Source: Pelagomonas calceolata (Eukaryota). Taken from it: 64,000 bases of DNA. This document shows positions 30,797 to 41,646 of this stretch, piece by piece. Made by a program: the position numbers and the translations under genes. Where the stretch lies: contig CAKKNE010000005.1 in NCBI GenBank assembly GCA_918797485.1, positions 1,984,001-2,048,000 of the forward strand. The letters run 5' to 3'. The notes under the pieces are model-generated. The model made no database searches and had not been told where the DNA came from. It was given only the letters and a program-made list of their open reading frames with translations. Positions within the stretch are counted from its first letter, which is position 1; each line of letters opens with the position of its first letter.

Positions 30797-32293
30797 ATGC
30801 GCGACTTCGGCGACGACGCCGAGGCCATTGATGGTGATGACGACTTCTTCGACGGCGTCGACGATTTTAGCGACGATGATGGAGTAAGGCACGACGGCTG
30901 GAGAGAAGACGAGCCCGACACAATAAACGTAGAGCAGACGAGCCCCTTACCAGCCCCAGCATCGCTAGAATCGGCGGGCGAGATCGAGGACGACGATGAT
31001 GATGGGGTGGTCCAGGCGGCCGCGGCCTTAGTAGGCTTCGGTGATAAGGTAGAGGACGACGACGATGATGAAAGGGAGTCGTGCTTCGCGGAGTCGCCGA
31101 GGGCGCGCCAGTCCGAGACGTTCGATAGCGACGACGAGCCAGCAGCAGTGCCGGACTTCGCCTACGAGCTACTAGCCTCAATCGTGGCCGGCCTCGCGTG
31201 GCGCAAGGAGCAGTCCATCCTCATGGAGACCTTTATAAAATGGCTGGAGTTCGCTGGTGACGCCGCGCAGGCCTCGACGCCGCCCGCGTCGCCCTCGAAG
31301 TTCGAGGGCCGGCCGCCCCTCGCGCCCACTTATCCTACGTCACCTGTGAACGAGGACCTGTCCGAGGCGAAGCGTGCCGTCCTGACGAGAGCGAGAGCCG
31401 TCGCGGCGGCCGAGGCTGATGTGGTGCAGCGCGAGGAGCGGTGCGCGGCCGTCGAGGCGGATGCGGTTGAAAGGATGGAGCGTCTGGTCAAGGCGGAGGC
31501 GGATTTGCAGGAGCGCGAGGAAGCCGTGAGGCGGCGAGAAGAGGCGGTTGCAAGTGCGGCCGCCGATCAAGCGATGGCCGGCGCCGATCTTGATGAAAGA
31601 GAACGCATCTTGCGGGAGAAGGAACGTCAATTGTGCACGGCACCACCGGTAAAAGTGGAGCCCAACGAGTGGGCGGACGCCGTCGCGGCGTCGGCCGAGC
31701 ACCATCTCCGGGAATTGTCTTTAGAGAACAAGCAGTTGAAGCGACACCAGCGGCGCACGGCGAAGCGCGGGCGGCGCATTGCTGCCGTGCTGTTGTGGCG
31801 GAAGATGCATGTGCTCGATGCGCGGACGGGGGCGCAGAAGGCGTTCGCGGCGTGGTACGTCTTCTCCCAGAACACGCAGCCGTCGACGAAGCAGAAACGA
31901 GTGAGAGCGGCACGCTTGGCCTTAGAAAGTAGGGCAGGTGCGGTGCTGGACGGCGTGCACGCCCACTACTCCGCGTCCAAGCTCGTAAAAGGTGGTTTGC
32001 GAAGGGAGCTTTCGTTAGAACGGTTCTGGGCGTTGGCAAGGGACTTCCACCTCGCGCCGGCCTTTGCGTCGTACGCGTATCTCATGCATCTGGCTCGTGA
32101 TGTGTTGCGCGGGGATTCTGCTTTATCTCGCGAGCAGTTCGGGCGGGCCCTGGCCCAATTAGCCTTGGAGGCGGCGGGCAAGGCGGGCGAGCCGCCGTCC
32201 GTCGCCGTCGCGCGCGTCCTGGACTGCATGGAGACGTCGAACGGGCTGGCCAAGGTCGGGCTCTCGCGTGCGGTCAAGTTCCGGCACGGCTAA
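30797..32293 (+). CDS. Hypothetical acidic/coiled-coil protein
   Basis: Long ORF from MRDFGDD with an E/R-rich coiled coil. Confidence 0.6.
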   Translation: MRDFGDDAEAIDGDDDFFDGVDDFSDDDGVRHDGWREDEPDTINVEQTSPLPAPASLESAGEIEDDDDDGVVQAAAALVGFGDKVEDDDDDERESCFAESPRARQSETFDSDDEPAAVPDFAYELLASIVAGLAWRKEQSILMETFIKWLEFAGDAAQASTPPASPSKFEGRPPLAPTYPTSPVNEDLSEAKRAVLTRARAVAAAEADVVQREERCAAVEADAVERMERLVKAEADLQEREEAVRRREEAVASAAADQAMAGADLDERERILREKERQLCTAPPVKVEPNEWADAVAASAEHHLRELSLENKQLKRHQRRTAKRGRRIAAVLLWRKMHVLDARTGAQKAFAAWYVFSQNTQPSTKQKRVRAARLALESRAGAVLDGVHAHYSASKLVKGGLRRELSLERFWALARDFHLAPAFASYAYLMHLARDVLRGDSALSREQFGRALAQLALEAAGKAGEPPSVAVARVLDCMETSNGLAKVGLSRAVKFRHG

Positions 32294-32403
32294 GGATTTT
32301 TAGTTTGCATCTTTCCGTACCCATCTTCGGACCCCGCTGCAGCGCGCGAGACTCCCCGCTAGTCGCTTCTAGATATCTTAGTGAAGGGAGCTCTGCACGC
32401 GCT

Positions 32404-33318
32404 CTACGCAGGACCCGAGCGCGCCTTCTCGTAAAAGTCGAGCAGGAACGTCGTGACATCGGCTAGCCGCGATAGACTTCGCTCAGCAGGGCGACGGACA
32501 TTGTCGGGGATGTTGACATGGGTATCATAATGGCCAGTGTGTGTGTTCCGAGGGAGCTGACGCGGACAGCCCTTTAGGAACGCATCGAACATGGGCACTA
32601 CGTGGCCGGCGATCCGCTCTTGCTCGGCCTCATTCATGCTGAGGAAGCATGCCGGGAACTCCTCGACGAAACTCGAGCCCGGTCGAACCCCCGTAGTTCT
32701 TCTATCTCCGCTGTCAACATCATCCAGCGCGAACGAGGCCATGTATAGATATTTCGTCTTCTTACCATCCGGCACGCGGGTATAAATCCTATTGAAGATG
32801 TCCTTGAGACGCTCGATGGTCCCGGCGGCACACATAAAATCTGCTAGCTTGGCAATCTTGGCTATGGCCAGGCACAATCCCGCCGTTTGCCTTTCGTCGT
32901 AACCAATACTCTTGTCCAATACTTCATCAACCAATCCATCAAAGGGGCTGTGCGCAATAAATTCTACAATTTGGCCCTTTGATGCATCGACCTTCTTCGT
33001 AAAGCACGGATAGTTTAGCCACAGGAAGTAGACGACCGTAATTGCATCGGTACATATTGTTCGGTCTATTTTGACCTCAATTTCTTCATCACCAGCTGGA
33101 AGATTTTGTATGAAGACGGAGTTGATGCTGAGGACGGTGCGGCACGCCGGGACGCGGGTCTCCTTGCCGTTCTCATCAGTGACGAGGAACCACAGATCGG
33201 TTTTAAATTGCGGCTCGCTGTGCCACTTGATCCAGTCATCGACACGCTGGCTCTCGTAAGTCTGTAATAGTTGCCACCCATTGGCTGGGTCCTGGTCTCT
33301 CTGGAGTGCTGCAGCCAT
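32404..33318 (-). CDS. BTB/POZ-like domain protein
   Basis: TDLWFLVTDENGKETRVPACRTVLSINSVFIQNL resembles a BTB start; later AKLADFM. Confidence 0.55.
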   Translation of the reverse strand: MAAALQRDQDPANGWQLLQTYESQRVDDWIKWHSEPQFKTDLWFLVTDENGKETRVPACRTVLSINSVFIQNLPAGDEEIEVKIDRTICTDAITVVYFLWLNYPCFTKKVDASKGQIVEFIAHSPFDGLVDEVLDKSIGYDERQTAGLCLAIAKIAKLADFMCAAGTIERLKDIFNRIYTRVPDGKKTKYLYMASFALDDVDSGDRRTTGVRPGSSFVEEFPACFLSMNEAEQERIAGHVVPMFDAFLKGCPRQLPRNTHTGHYDTHVNIPDNVRRPAERSLSRLADVTTFLLDFYEKARSGPA

Positions 33319-33589
33319 GCTTGCTCAGGCTCAGGCGGCGCAGACGCTCAAGGGGCAGCACGAAGGGCAGCGTCCGGCGTCCCACCTTGCGATCTGCGCT
33401 GCGATTGGACCCGTCCGAACACGAATTAGCTTCCGGTGACAAGGGCCTCTGGCAGGCTCTGCGCCGCCGGCGGGCCGCGGACAACTCGCACTGCTCACCA
33501 CACGCGCAACGCCGCCGACGACGACGCACTCAATACTCTACTCCCATAAGATAATACCCCCAGCGCAAAGGATCATAAACCCCACCAAT

Positions 33590-34150
33590 TTACGCCGAGG
33601 CCTCCGGCGCCGCCGCCGCCTTGGCGTCGGCCTTGCGCTTCGCCTTGGCGCGCGCCTTGGACTTGCGCGCCTCGGCCTGCTCGGTGAGCGCCTTCTCGCG
33701 CGCCTTCTCGCCCTTGAGCTTGTGGATCGCCTCCATGAGCACGCGCTTGTTCTTGTACTGGTTGCCCTTCGCCGCGATGTACAGATCGTGGTACAAGTGG
33801 TGGTCGATCTTCTTCGCGTCGCGGTACTTCCGCAACAATCTCCGGAGGACGCGCTGCCGCCGCATCCAGAGCACCTTGACGGGCATGCGCGCGTTGGCCG
33901 AGCCCTTGCGCTTGCCGAGGCCCGTGTGCCGGCCCTTGCGCTTCGCCTCGAGGTGGCGCGTGACGCGGCTCCTAGAATGGACGACGACCGGCTTGCGGAT
34001 CACGAAGCCGTCCTTGATCAGCTTCCTAATGTTCTGGCGCGAGTTCGCCATGGAGATCTCGTTCGCCTCGTTCGGGTCGAGCCAGACGCGGTTCTTGCCC
34101 GTCTTGAGGACGGACGCCGCGAGGCGCTTTTGTAACCTCAGCGACGACAT
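33590..34150 (-). CDS. RPL19: 60S ribosomal protein L19 (eL19)
   Basis: [15 protein letters not shown]...VWLDPNE...[12 protein letters not shown]...[11 protein letters not shown]. Confidence 0.98.
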   Translation of the reverse strand: MSSLRLQKRLAASVLKTGKNRVWLDPNEANEISMANSRQNIRKLIKDGFVIRKPVVVHSRSRVTRHLEAKRKGRHTGLGKRKGSANARMPVKVLWMRRQRVLRRLLRKYRDAKKIDHHLYHDLYIAAKGNQYKNKRVLMEAIHKLKGEKAREKALTEQAEARKSKARAKAKRKADAKAAAAPEASA

Positions 34151-34571
34151 GGCGCTCTCGGCGAGTACCGCAGCCGCGCTGTCCTGTGCTGGCTCGTGCG
34201 GCGCAGCGGTGGTCCTTCGCTGGCTCTGTGGAGCGAGCGGGGGCCTACAAGCAGTCCTAAGACGGCCTTAAAAGCGCAGCGATGCTAAAGCTATCGCGGA
34301 CGGTGTCGGGTTTTACAGCGATTTTAAAAGTCGTCCGACGGCCACAGACCATCGCTCGGGACAGCTCAGACACGGATAAGACGTGTCAAGGTGATTGCCA
34401 CGCTCGAATCGAGTGGTTGGCAGTCTCATGGTGTGAAACGAAATGATGGCTGCTACGCCGCGCCCGCTCGGGCTCTAGAGAACGCCGGGCAGCCTTTTTC
34501 GATCAGTACTCACGCCGCGCCGTCGCGCTGCGCCGTGGCGAGCGGCCGGGGCAGCCGCAAGCTCTGCTGCC

Positions 34572-36530
34572 ATGCGCCTGGCGCTGGCAGTCGTGCTCGT
34601 CGCGTGCGCCAGCGCCGACGAGGCGGCCCGTAGAGCTCGCTGGCGCATGCAGCAACGACGGGGTAGGGAGCGCATGGAACAACTGATGCGAACGAAGCCG
34701 TACTTGTTTACGAAGAAACCGACGCCCCGGCCCTCCCTGAAGCCGACGCCCGCCCCAAGCACCGCGAAACCCACGAAATACCCAACGCCCGCGCCGACGC
34801 CCAAACCGGACCCGACGCGCAAGCCTACGCCGAAGCCTTCGTCGGAACCAACCTTGGTGCCGTCCACATCAGTACCGTCCTTCGCGCCTACAAATGTACC
34901 GGTACCGGCACCCACGTCCCGACACGAACGTGCGATGCGACTCGCGGACCAAGAACCGGCAAACCAGTGCCGCTCGGAGTTATGGAACGCCTTGACGGAA
35001 TCGCGCACGAGAAACGCGTGCTACGCGGGCAATTGGCACTACTACAATAGGTTTGGCACTAGACGAGCGACCCAATCCATCTCCGAGTATAGGAATGCGC
35101 GCTTCACGGCCTCCAAATACGACGCTGTATCCTTGCCGGTCGACGTAAGACGACTGGCCCAGGACGCCCCGGTCTTCGAGAAGCACGCGGCCTGCAATCC
35201 GGGACTAGCTAGACTGCCGAAACGGCTCATGAACGCGCTACAGAAGAAGGGCGGTATCTGGTCAAAGGCTACGTATGTGCTCACTGTGAGGCATTCGTAT
35301 GCGCAATGCTCTATCTTGGGATGGGAAGATACGCAAAGAAGAGACTCTGGTGATAATTTAGGAAGACACTCGTCCGTGTTGATATTGGATGATCAATTAT
35401 GTACCATACAAACAGCCAGGTGGGCGAAAACCGGAGACGCCGAGCAATGGGGCGAGGACGTGCGGCTCATGACCCATAGAGGTAGATTGGTGGCCACTGT
35501 AGTACTCACACCAAAGTTCGAAGACAGAGATATTATACCGCAGAAGTTCGGGGTCTACGAACTCGTGCTAGGTGTGTCAGGGAATGAACTGGTCGCGGCG
35601 TTCGAGCGGGCGCCGCCCTTATTTTTCTCCGAGAAGCATCTAGTAGTAGAATCAAGGTTGAGGAATGTCGGATTGGTCGTACGCCACAAGAAGCTCGAGT
35701 TTTTGGCTTATCTAGGAAAGTCAAAACTAATTCTCAGAGAAAGCCTGCGGGAGGCCACGGCTCATTCAGCCTGTAAGCCGCCCTGGACGAAGTGCGGCGA
35801 AGTCACGGGCAAGAAAACGAAACAACTCGCTGCGGGCAGGTACCACTGGCTCCACAACAACGTCAATCCGTTACTACTGAGAAGGCACGGCTTGCTGCTA
35901 GCTGTTGGACACGACCGACCCTTCAAGAGTAGATGGATCACGCACGACGAACTCCCGGTCAACGGGTATAAGAACATCACCAAAACCACGTCCTGGAACA
36001 CCTATTTACATTATTTTATCTTGTACAATGCCACTACTCTGGACCATGTCGCTACTTCATCACCGTTCTGCTTTCCCTCAGCTCGACTGGACATGAGGCG
36101 CTGCGACTTGGTCCAATTTGTTACTTCGTTGACACGAGGTGATGGCGATGATGTCCTCATTAGCTTCGGCATTAATGACTGCGATTCGGGGATTGTGGCG
36201 TTACCTGCTGATCTCATCGTGGCGTTTTCATTGGGATGCTCGGACCGGAAGGTGCGGTCCACGACCCTCAGACATACTCACGAGGCGGCGGCTCAAATTA
36301 GACAGAAGGAGGAGCGCTGGAACGCTACGTTAGGTATGAAGTGGAGCGCGCTGATGCGGCCCGACCCCCCTGCGAAGCCCGGAGCAGTCTCGAGCATCTA
36401 CGACTGCAAAGGGACGCACGAGAACTGCCCCGAGAATCTGGTGAGTCCCCTCTTCAAAGGTCCCTGCGACCGACGGGGCAACTACTGCGCGAGCTCCCGC
36501 GAGCCGCTGCCCGATCATGCTAGCTTCTAG
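34572..36530 (+). CDS. Secreted/type II protein with Pro-Thr stalk and beta-propeller glyco-enzyme-like domain (GH130/beta-mannosyltransferase-like)
   Basis: Signal/anchor sequence and PT-rich repeats. GEDVRL, SSPFCF and VQFVTSL...ISFGINDC resemble five-bladed propeller carbohydrate enzymes. The family call is weak. Confidence 0.5.
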   Translation: MRLALAVVLVACASADEAARRARWRMQQRRGRERMEQLMRTKPYLFTKKPTPRPSLKPTPAPSTAKPTKYPTPAPTPKPDPTRKPTPKPSSEPTLVPSTSVPSFAPTNVPVPAPTSRHERAMRLADQEPANQCRSELWNALTESRTRNACYAGNWHYYNRFGTRRATQSISEYRNARFTASKYDAVSLPVDVRRLAQDAPVFEKHAACNPGLARLPKRLMNALQKKGGIWSKATYVLTVRHSYAQCSILGWEDTQRRDSGDNLGRHSSVLILDDQLCTIQTARWAKTGDAEQWGEDVRLMTHRGRLVATVVLTPKFEDRDIIPQKFGVYELVLGVSGNELVAAFERAPPLFFSEKHLVVESRLRNVGLVVRHKKLEFLAYLGKSKLILRESLREATAHSACKPPWTKCGEVTGKKTKQLAAGRYHWLHNNVNPLLLRRHGLLLAVGHDRPFKSRWITHDELPVNGYKNITKTTSWNTYLHYFILYNATTLDHVATSSPFCFPSARLDMRRCDLVQFVTSLTRGDGDDVLISFGINDCDSGIVALPADLIVAFSLGCSDRKVRSTTLRHTHEAAAQIRQKEERWNATLGMKWSALMRPDPPAKPGAVSSIYDCKGTHENCPENLVSPLFKGPCDRRGNYCASSREPLPDHASF

Positions 36531-36546
36531 TGTTGTGTAATGTGAA

Positions 36547-37584
36547 TTAGTCAGGTCTCTCGGACAGCACGGACCCGTTCTGCGCGGACCAGGCGTCCAA
36601 CGCCGCGTCCATGGCTTGATAGGCCTGCTCCGCGTTTTTGTTCGCGACGGCCGCTTCCCGGAAGGCCTCAGCTTCTACAGGACAGACCACGGACGCGACG
36701 CAGTGCTGGAGCGCGATGGCGGCGTCGGCGCATTTTTTTTCATCCTCACCACATTTTGATAGAGCCTTGGCCCTCTGTGAGCACTTCTCCCGAATCATCG
36801 CTCTAGGGTCCTCGCTCATCGAAGAAGGCGGCCTTAATGGCAATGCCGGCGACGCCTCACCGGACGAACGCAGCGACGGCATGTGTACGACTCGATCCAG
36901 CACGGCACCTACACTATCAAGCGCGGGCCGCGCGTCGACCGCGATGCTCTTCAGAGCCGCGTAGTCGTGCATCGTCTTCGGCTTCTCGTCCTTGTCACTC
37001 AACCCTTCATCAGAGTAGTAGTCGATGACATACCTTCGCTCTTCATCACCCCTACTAACGACCCAGTCGTGTCGATCAAACGGCTTTGGACACCCAAACA
37101 CGTAGATCTTCAGCAATGCCTTCGGGGACAGGTCGTGGGGCCTTCCAGTAAATCTAACAAGCTCGGGCGGCGGCCCCTGTCGCAACTTCTCCCACTCGAG
37201 AATCTTCGACCAGGTCGCTTCGTTCATCGCGTTGTGTACCGCGACGACCGTGTCCATGTCGGTTTCGTCCGCGCCGTCGGCCTTGTCCTTTCTTACTAAC
37301 GCGTTCCAGAACATTTGCGGGGAGGGGTACTGCCACGTACTTGCTCCTCCTTTCTGTGGTATTGTGGAGGCTTCCCTCTTCGTGTCTAGATTTGTGGTCT
37401 GGCCGGGGGCTTTCGTCTGTTGCGGCGTCGCGGGCATGTTGTTGGAACCCTTGATGGGACAGCCGCCTTGCTCCGATTTGTTGCGTGATTTGATCGGGCA
37501 GCCGTCGGCTTTGACGCGCGCGGCAGCGGTCGTCGCGGCGGCTGCCGCCGCTGACGCGTAGCGGAGCAGGTGCGTCGGTGGCAT
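36547..37584 (-). CDS. HCCS: Holocytochrome c/c1 synthase (heme lyase) with C-terminal twin CX9C extension
   Basis: Two GCPIK heme-regulatory motifs, WQYPSPQMFWNAL, VHNAMNEATW, PFDRHDWVV, RYVIDYY, DARPALD. Confidence 0.95.
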   Translation of the reverse strand: MPPTHLLRYASAAAAAATTAAARVKADGCPIKSRNKSEQGGCPIKGSNNMPATPQQTKAPGQTTNLDTKREASTIPQKGGASTWQYPSPQMFWNALVRKDKADGADETDMDTVVAVHNAMNEATWSKILEWEKLRQGPPPELVRFTGRPHDLSPKALLKIYVFGCPKPFDRHDWVVSRGDEERRYVIDYYSDEGLSDKDEKPKTMHDYAALKSIAVDARPALDSVGAVLDRVVHMPSLRSSGEASPALPLRPPSSMSEDPRAMIREKCSQRAKALSKCGEDEKKCADAAIALQHCVASVVCPVEAEAFREAAVANKNAEQAYQAMDAALDAWSAQNGSVLSERPD

Positions 37585-37954
37585 GATGAGTTGGCTCTTC
37601 TCGCTGTCGCGCGCACCGGTTCGTCAGCTCGATGGCGTGGACTCGACCTTATAGCCACCACGCGACGCTGCGTCGGAAACGCGGCCACCAGTCGCGACCT
37701 GGCCGTTGACCTAGTATGCCGACGGTGCTGCCGTCAATGAAACGACCAGTGATGGCCTCTCTTTTGCGCCTTGCGTCTCCAGCTCGGCCGCCCCGTAGGT
37801 ATGGTATCGGTATGGTACCTTATACCTCGGTGGTAGGGGTCAGAGCCTGAGCCTCTCTTGAGATCTAGTGTGTCGACACAGCCCTACAGACGACGGGCGT
37901 CGTAGTTTGGGGCAGCCCCCCATACGCCCCCGACGCGACATATCCGAGAAATGA

Positions 37955-39640
37955 TTACCCAACGTCCATCGGCGCCGCCTCGGCATCGGGCGTCGGAAGT
38001 TCGCCCTCGGCCCGTCTAGGAGTGACCATCTCGCTCCGCCGCTGCGCCTCGCGCGCCAGCTCCGCCTTGTGCTGCAGTTTGGGAGCATACCCGTCGGGCA
38101 CGTAAGAAGACGGATCTGGTTCTTTTTCGCGCATCTCCTGGATTTTGAGGGCCATGGGCTCGCACACTTTACAAGCGTGCTTGTGCTCCCTGAAATGCTG
38201 ACGTTGGCACTCCCGCGAGCAGTATTTGGCCACTTTACATCTCGAGCACCTATCAAACCTTACGTCGTCCGTTTCTACGTTTGGACATTGCGCGCACTTA
38301 CATCGCGACGCTTCCGGATCAATAGCGTCTCGCAGTTCTCGTGGTAGGTCGATGCACTTCGGGCCCCTCACCTTATAATTGTCGATGGCTTCTTGCAAAG
38401 ATTCGACCGCGGTCGTGACGTCTGGATGAGTTTTACATCGAGCGTAGCCGCACCAGACCTCGTAGTAAATCAACGAAGCTTGGCCTAAATGGTGAATGGC
38501 CGGCGAGAACAACCGACCGTCCCGACAAATACGCCCAACCGCGTAGTGCATCTGCGCCGTCGCCGTCGAGATCCGCCCGTACTTCAACTCGGCCGCTCTT
38601 AACGCTTCGCAAGCGTGTCTCAAGGCTTGCACGAGTTTCTTAGCTTGTTTTGGGAGAAGTGCGTGATTGGCGCACTCCCGCAACTCCCTATACTGCGACC
38701 CGGGTTCGCCTAAGGCCGCCACCGCTAATAAACCGGCGCAGTCGTGGTGGCACGTCGCCAATCTACCAAGATCACCTAGAGTCGTTAACTGCCCGATGGC
38801 CCTTTCATAAATGTCAATGGCGCCCTCGGGGTCGCCCATGGCAGCTGTTGCCGATGCTAAATGCTGCGTCGCCTCCGCTTGTAGTAATTGTGAAGTATAT
38901 CGCATGGACGGGTCCCGCGCACTGAGCCAAGGTAATGATACTTCCCCCTCGAGCTTCACATCCATCAGGTCCTCGCACTTCCGCCGCGCGTGCCGCGCCA
39001 GGCCCTTGTAGTTCGGTAGGTCGTACAAGTCCTCAAACGCGTACAATTGCAACAACAGCAAAGACACGACCTCAGGAGCCTGGCGTCCAAACAGTGTGAT
39101 GGCGGGCTCCACACAAATTTCCAACGACGTCCAGCACTGCTTATGCAGTTCTAGGGAGGACACTAAGTTGCGATACGCACAAGCCTTCATGCAGATATGA
39201 GCGATCCATTCCAAATCGCTTCGATGTCTCGCGTCGTTGACGGACCAGACCGGCGGCGCGTCGCCGTTGCGGATTTGTTGCAGCGTAGCTTTGTTCGCGT
39301 CGCCATAATCCTTGTAAGGTTCGGACTGGCAAATAACATCGTGCAGGTCCTTGGCCGCCTTTTCCAGCTTCTTTGCTTCTTTACGGGCGGGCCGCGCCAA
39401 TAACACTTCATGCAACGGCAGCACCTCGGCCTCCTCATGACCGGGAAAGCGCACCGCTACACTCTCGTCCTGCGGGTCGTGCGCCACGACGCCTCTTCTA
39501 GAACCGTAATGAATGATGGCGCCCTTCCGTATGCCCGTATCATCGATGTCATCAGGATATTGGGCCTTGACCTCGTCGTTGTCCGTGATTAGTAATTCAG
39601 AGAGGACCTCCCCTTGTAGAGCTTCCTGCTGGGCCGCCAT
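37955..39640 (-). CDS. TPR-like helical protein with C-terminal MYND zinc finger
   Basis: CAQC...CSRCKVAKYCSRECQRQHFREHKHAC, preceded by TPR-like helices. Confidence 0.8.
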   Translation of the reverse strand: MAAQQEALQGEVLSELLITDNDEVKAQYPDDIDDTGIRKGAIIHYGSRRGVVAHDPQDESVAVRFPGHEEAEVLPLHEVLLARPARKEAKKLEKAAKDLHDVICQSEPYKDYGDANKATLQQIRNGDAPPVWSVNDARHRSDLEWIAHICMKACAYRNLVSSLELHKQCWTSLEICVEPAITLFGRQAPEVVSLLLLQLYAFEDLYDLPNYKGLARHARRKCEDLMDVKLEGEVSLPWLSARDPSMRYTSQLLQAEATQHLASATAAMGDPEGAIDIYERAIGQLTTLGDLGRLATCHHDCAGLLAVAALGEPGSQYRELRECANHALLPKQAKKLVQALRHACEALRAAELKYGRISTATAQMHYAVGRICRDGRLFSPAIHHLGQASLIYYEVWCGYARCKTHPDVTTAVESLQEAIDNYKVRGPKCIDLPRELRDAIDPEASRCKCAQCPNVETDDVRFDRCSRCKVAKYCSRECQRQHFREHKHACKVCEPMALKIQEMREKEPDPSSYVPDGYAPKLQHKAELAREAQRRSEMVTPRRAEGELPTPDAEAAPMDVG

Positions 39641-39964
39641 GGGTGGGCGGGCTGCCCGCGCGCGCGCGGCGATGCGTCTATGGCTGGGCGAGCTCGCCCT
39701 TGCGACGGGCGACGCGTTGGTGGCGTATCAGCGCCCGATTTTTGTGAAGCGCCAACGATAAGGCGCTAGCGTCCCGTAAGACACTAGCAATTTCCAAGCC
39801 ACCAAGCAAGCCAAGCGCAACTCCGCACCGCGGTGTGCCCGACCACGTCGGGGCAGCCCCAATCAAGACAGGCACCCGCCCCCCGGCGCCCGTCCACGTT
39901 TCAGGAGAAGTGGTGGACCGTAGGGACACTTATCCAGCCACCCCAGATTAGTGAAGGGAGAGCC

Positions 39965-41188
39965 ATGTTCCTCACGAAATGCGCCGCCTGCGCCGCCGAC
40001 TGCACGACAGTAAAAGCGTGCAGCAGGTGCCAGACGGTCTACTGTTCGGTACAATGCCAGAAGACGCACTGGGAGAGCGGCCACGACAAGCTCTGCAAAA
40101 TGATCAAGAAAAAAGGCGGCGCCGAGCAGCTCTATGCTGATAAACAATATAAAGCATCAATCAAGCTAGCCGTAGAAAAATGCGCAAAGGACGCCCGGTC
40201 GCAAGCTCTACTTAACGCGGCCAAGCAGTTAGGTGATTTATCCTTTTGTGACATGGAAGAGAGGAAGCGCTTCCTGGAGTTAAGTGCGGAGGACGCCGAG
40301 ATCGAGGAAGACGAGGTCACTTGTTATATTTGTTTGGATTCAATACATAGTGAGACGAAGGAAGGAGTAGTGAGGGGCTGCGGCTGCAAGGGATCGCAAG
40401 GCCATGCCCATGTCACGTGCTTAGCGAAACAAGCGCAATTATCCGTCGAGGAGGGCGAAACTATGAATGCCGACGACATGTCTGCAAGGTGGAGCAAGTG
40501 GACTCGGTGTGGGATATGCGAGCAGAACTACCGTAGTCTTGTATCATGCGCTCTAGGATGGGCCTGCTGGCGGACCTACGTCCAAAGACCCATGGAGGCG
40601 CCGGCGAAGCGCGCGGCTCTCACAACATTAGGATCTGGACTGATGGACGGCGACCGGGCTGGAGAAGCGCTGACCGTTTTTCAAGCGCAATTAAAACATG
40701 CCTACAAGGAACAGGACGAGGAGTCGATCACGGCGGCCAAGGGGAACTGCGCCATGTGCCTGTCCAACTTGGGGCGAGACGCCGAGGCGGTCGTGATTAA
40801 TCGGGAGTTGTACGCGCAGATACGAAAAGCGAGCGGTCTCGAGGACATCGATACGTTGGTGGCTGCGTTAACGCTGGCCAAGTCATTAAGAGCGTTGTCG
40901 TCTTTTTCTGAAGCTAGAGCATTGTTGCGCGAGGTCGTGCCGGTCGCGATGACATCACTAGGCGGCGACCACGGCGTGACGTTGGAACTCAACTCGAATT
41001 TCGTCCGGGCCATGTGCATGGACCTGAACGCGACGGCGGACCAGTTGAAAGCTGCCGTTGATTTAGCACATTCCACTCACGAGGCCGCGTTGCGTCGCTA
41101 CGGCGACGGCCACGAGCTTACTCACTTGTGTCGCGCGTCGTTGGCCGACGCGCGGGTCGTGGCGCAGAACGCGGGGCTAGAGAGGTAA
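39965..41188 (+). CDS. MYND + RING-CH-like + TPR protein (paralog of 19585..20715)
   Basis: Motifs MFLTKCAACAA, CSRCQTVYCSVQCQKTHW, TCYIC...KEGVVRGCGC...AHVTCLA, ALGWACW, matching the 19585 gene. Confidence 0.85.
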   Translation: MFLTKCAACAADCTTVKACSRCQTVYCSVQCQKTHWESGHDKLCKMIKKKGGAEQLYADKQYKASIKLAVEKCAKDARSQALLNAAKQLGDLSFCDMEERKRFLELSAEDAEIEEDEVTCYICLDSIHSETKEGVVRGCGCKGSQGHAHVTCLAKQAQLSVEEGETMNADDMSARWSKWTRCGICEQNYRSLVSCALGWACWRTYVQRPMEAPAKRAALTTLGSGLMDGDRAGEALTVFQAQLKHAYKEQDEESITAAKGNCAMCLSNLGRDAEAVVINRELYAQIRKASGLEDIDTLVAALTLAKSLRALSSFSEARALLREVVPVAMTSLGGDHGVTLELNSNFVRAMCMDLNATADQLKAAVDLAHSTHEAALRRYGDGHELTHLCRASLADARVVAQNAGLER

Positions 41189-41414
41189 CTTACTAGTAGT
41201 CTAGATAACCCGCACCCGTCCCGCGAGCGGCCCTCGTATGCCGTCGCCCCGGGTGTGAGACACCTTCTTCAGCAGCTGGCCGACGTCGCGCGATGCGAAG
41301 GATACTCGGACATTGCGGAGTTGCTCACCTAATGTTGTTTTTCAGACAAGTAGTAGCACCGTGGCGCCCGCGAGGTGCATGTGATTAGTGACGGATATCT
41401 TCCTTAGACAGACT

Positions 41415-41553
41415 ACTGAGCGGGGCGACGCCTCCTCGACGGCGACGAGCAGGTGGCCGATCGTCGGGGCTTCACTCTCTCGCGGACGGCGCGCTCCATG
41501 GCCGTGTAGACGCGCATGAGGTCCGCGCCGGAGAAGCCCTCCGTCTCCTTGGC
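41415..41553 (-). pseudogene. AAA+ ATPase lid-domain fragment
   Basis: My translation: AKETEGFSGADLMRVYTAMERAVRE, then after an apparent frameshift PTIGHLLVAVEEASP. No AAA+ core upstream. Confidence 0.5.
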
Positions 41554-41646
41554 TTGGGGTCCGAGTCGCGCGATTGCTGAGGGCCGCCGTCTCTCGCTGG
41601 GGCGTCCCCTTTCTTTTGAAGCACCAATCCGAGAGAAGATCCCTAC

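Noticed and set aside
32378..39960. Shared 13-mer TTAGTGAAGGGAG at ~32378 and ~39948
   Set aside because: A 13-bp match between two sites is expected by chance in 64 kb, and there is no further similarity.
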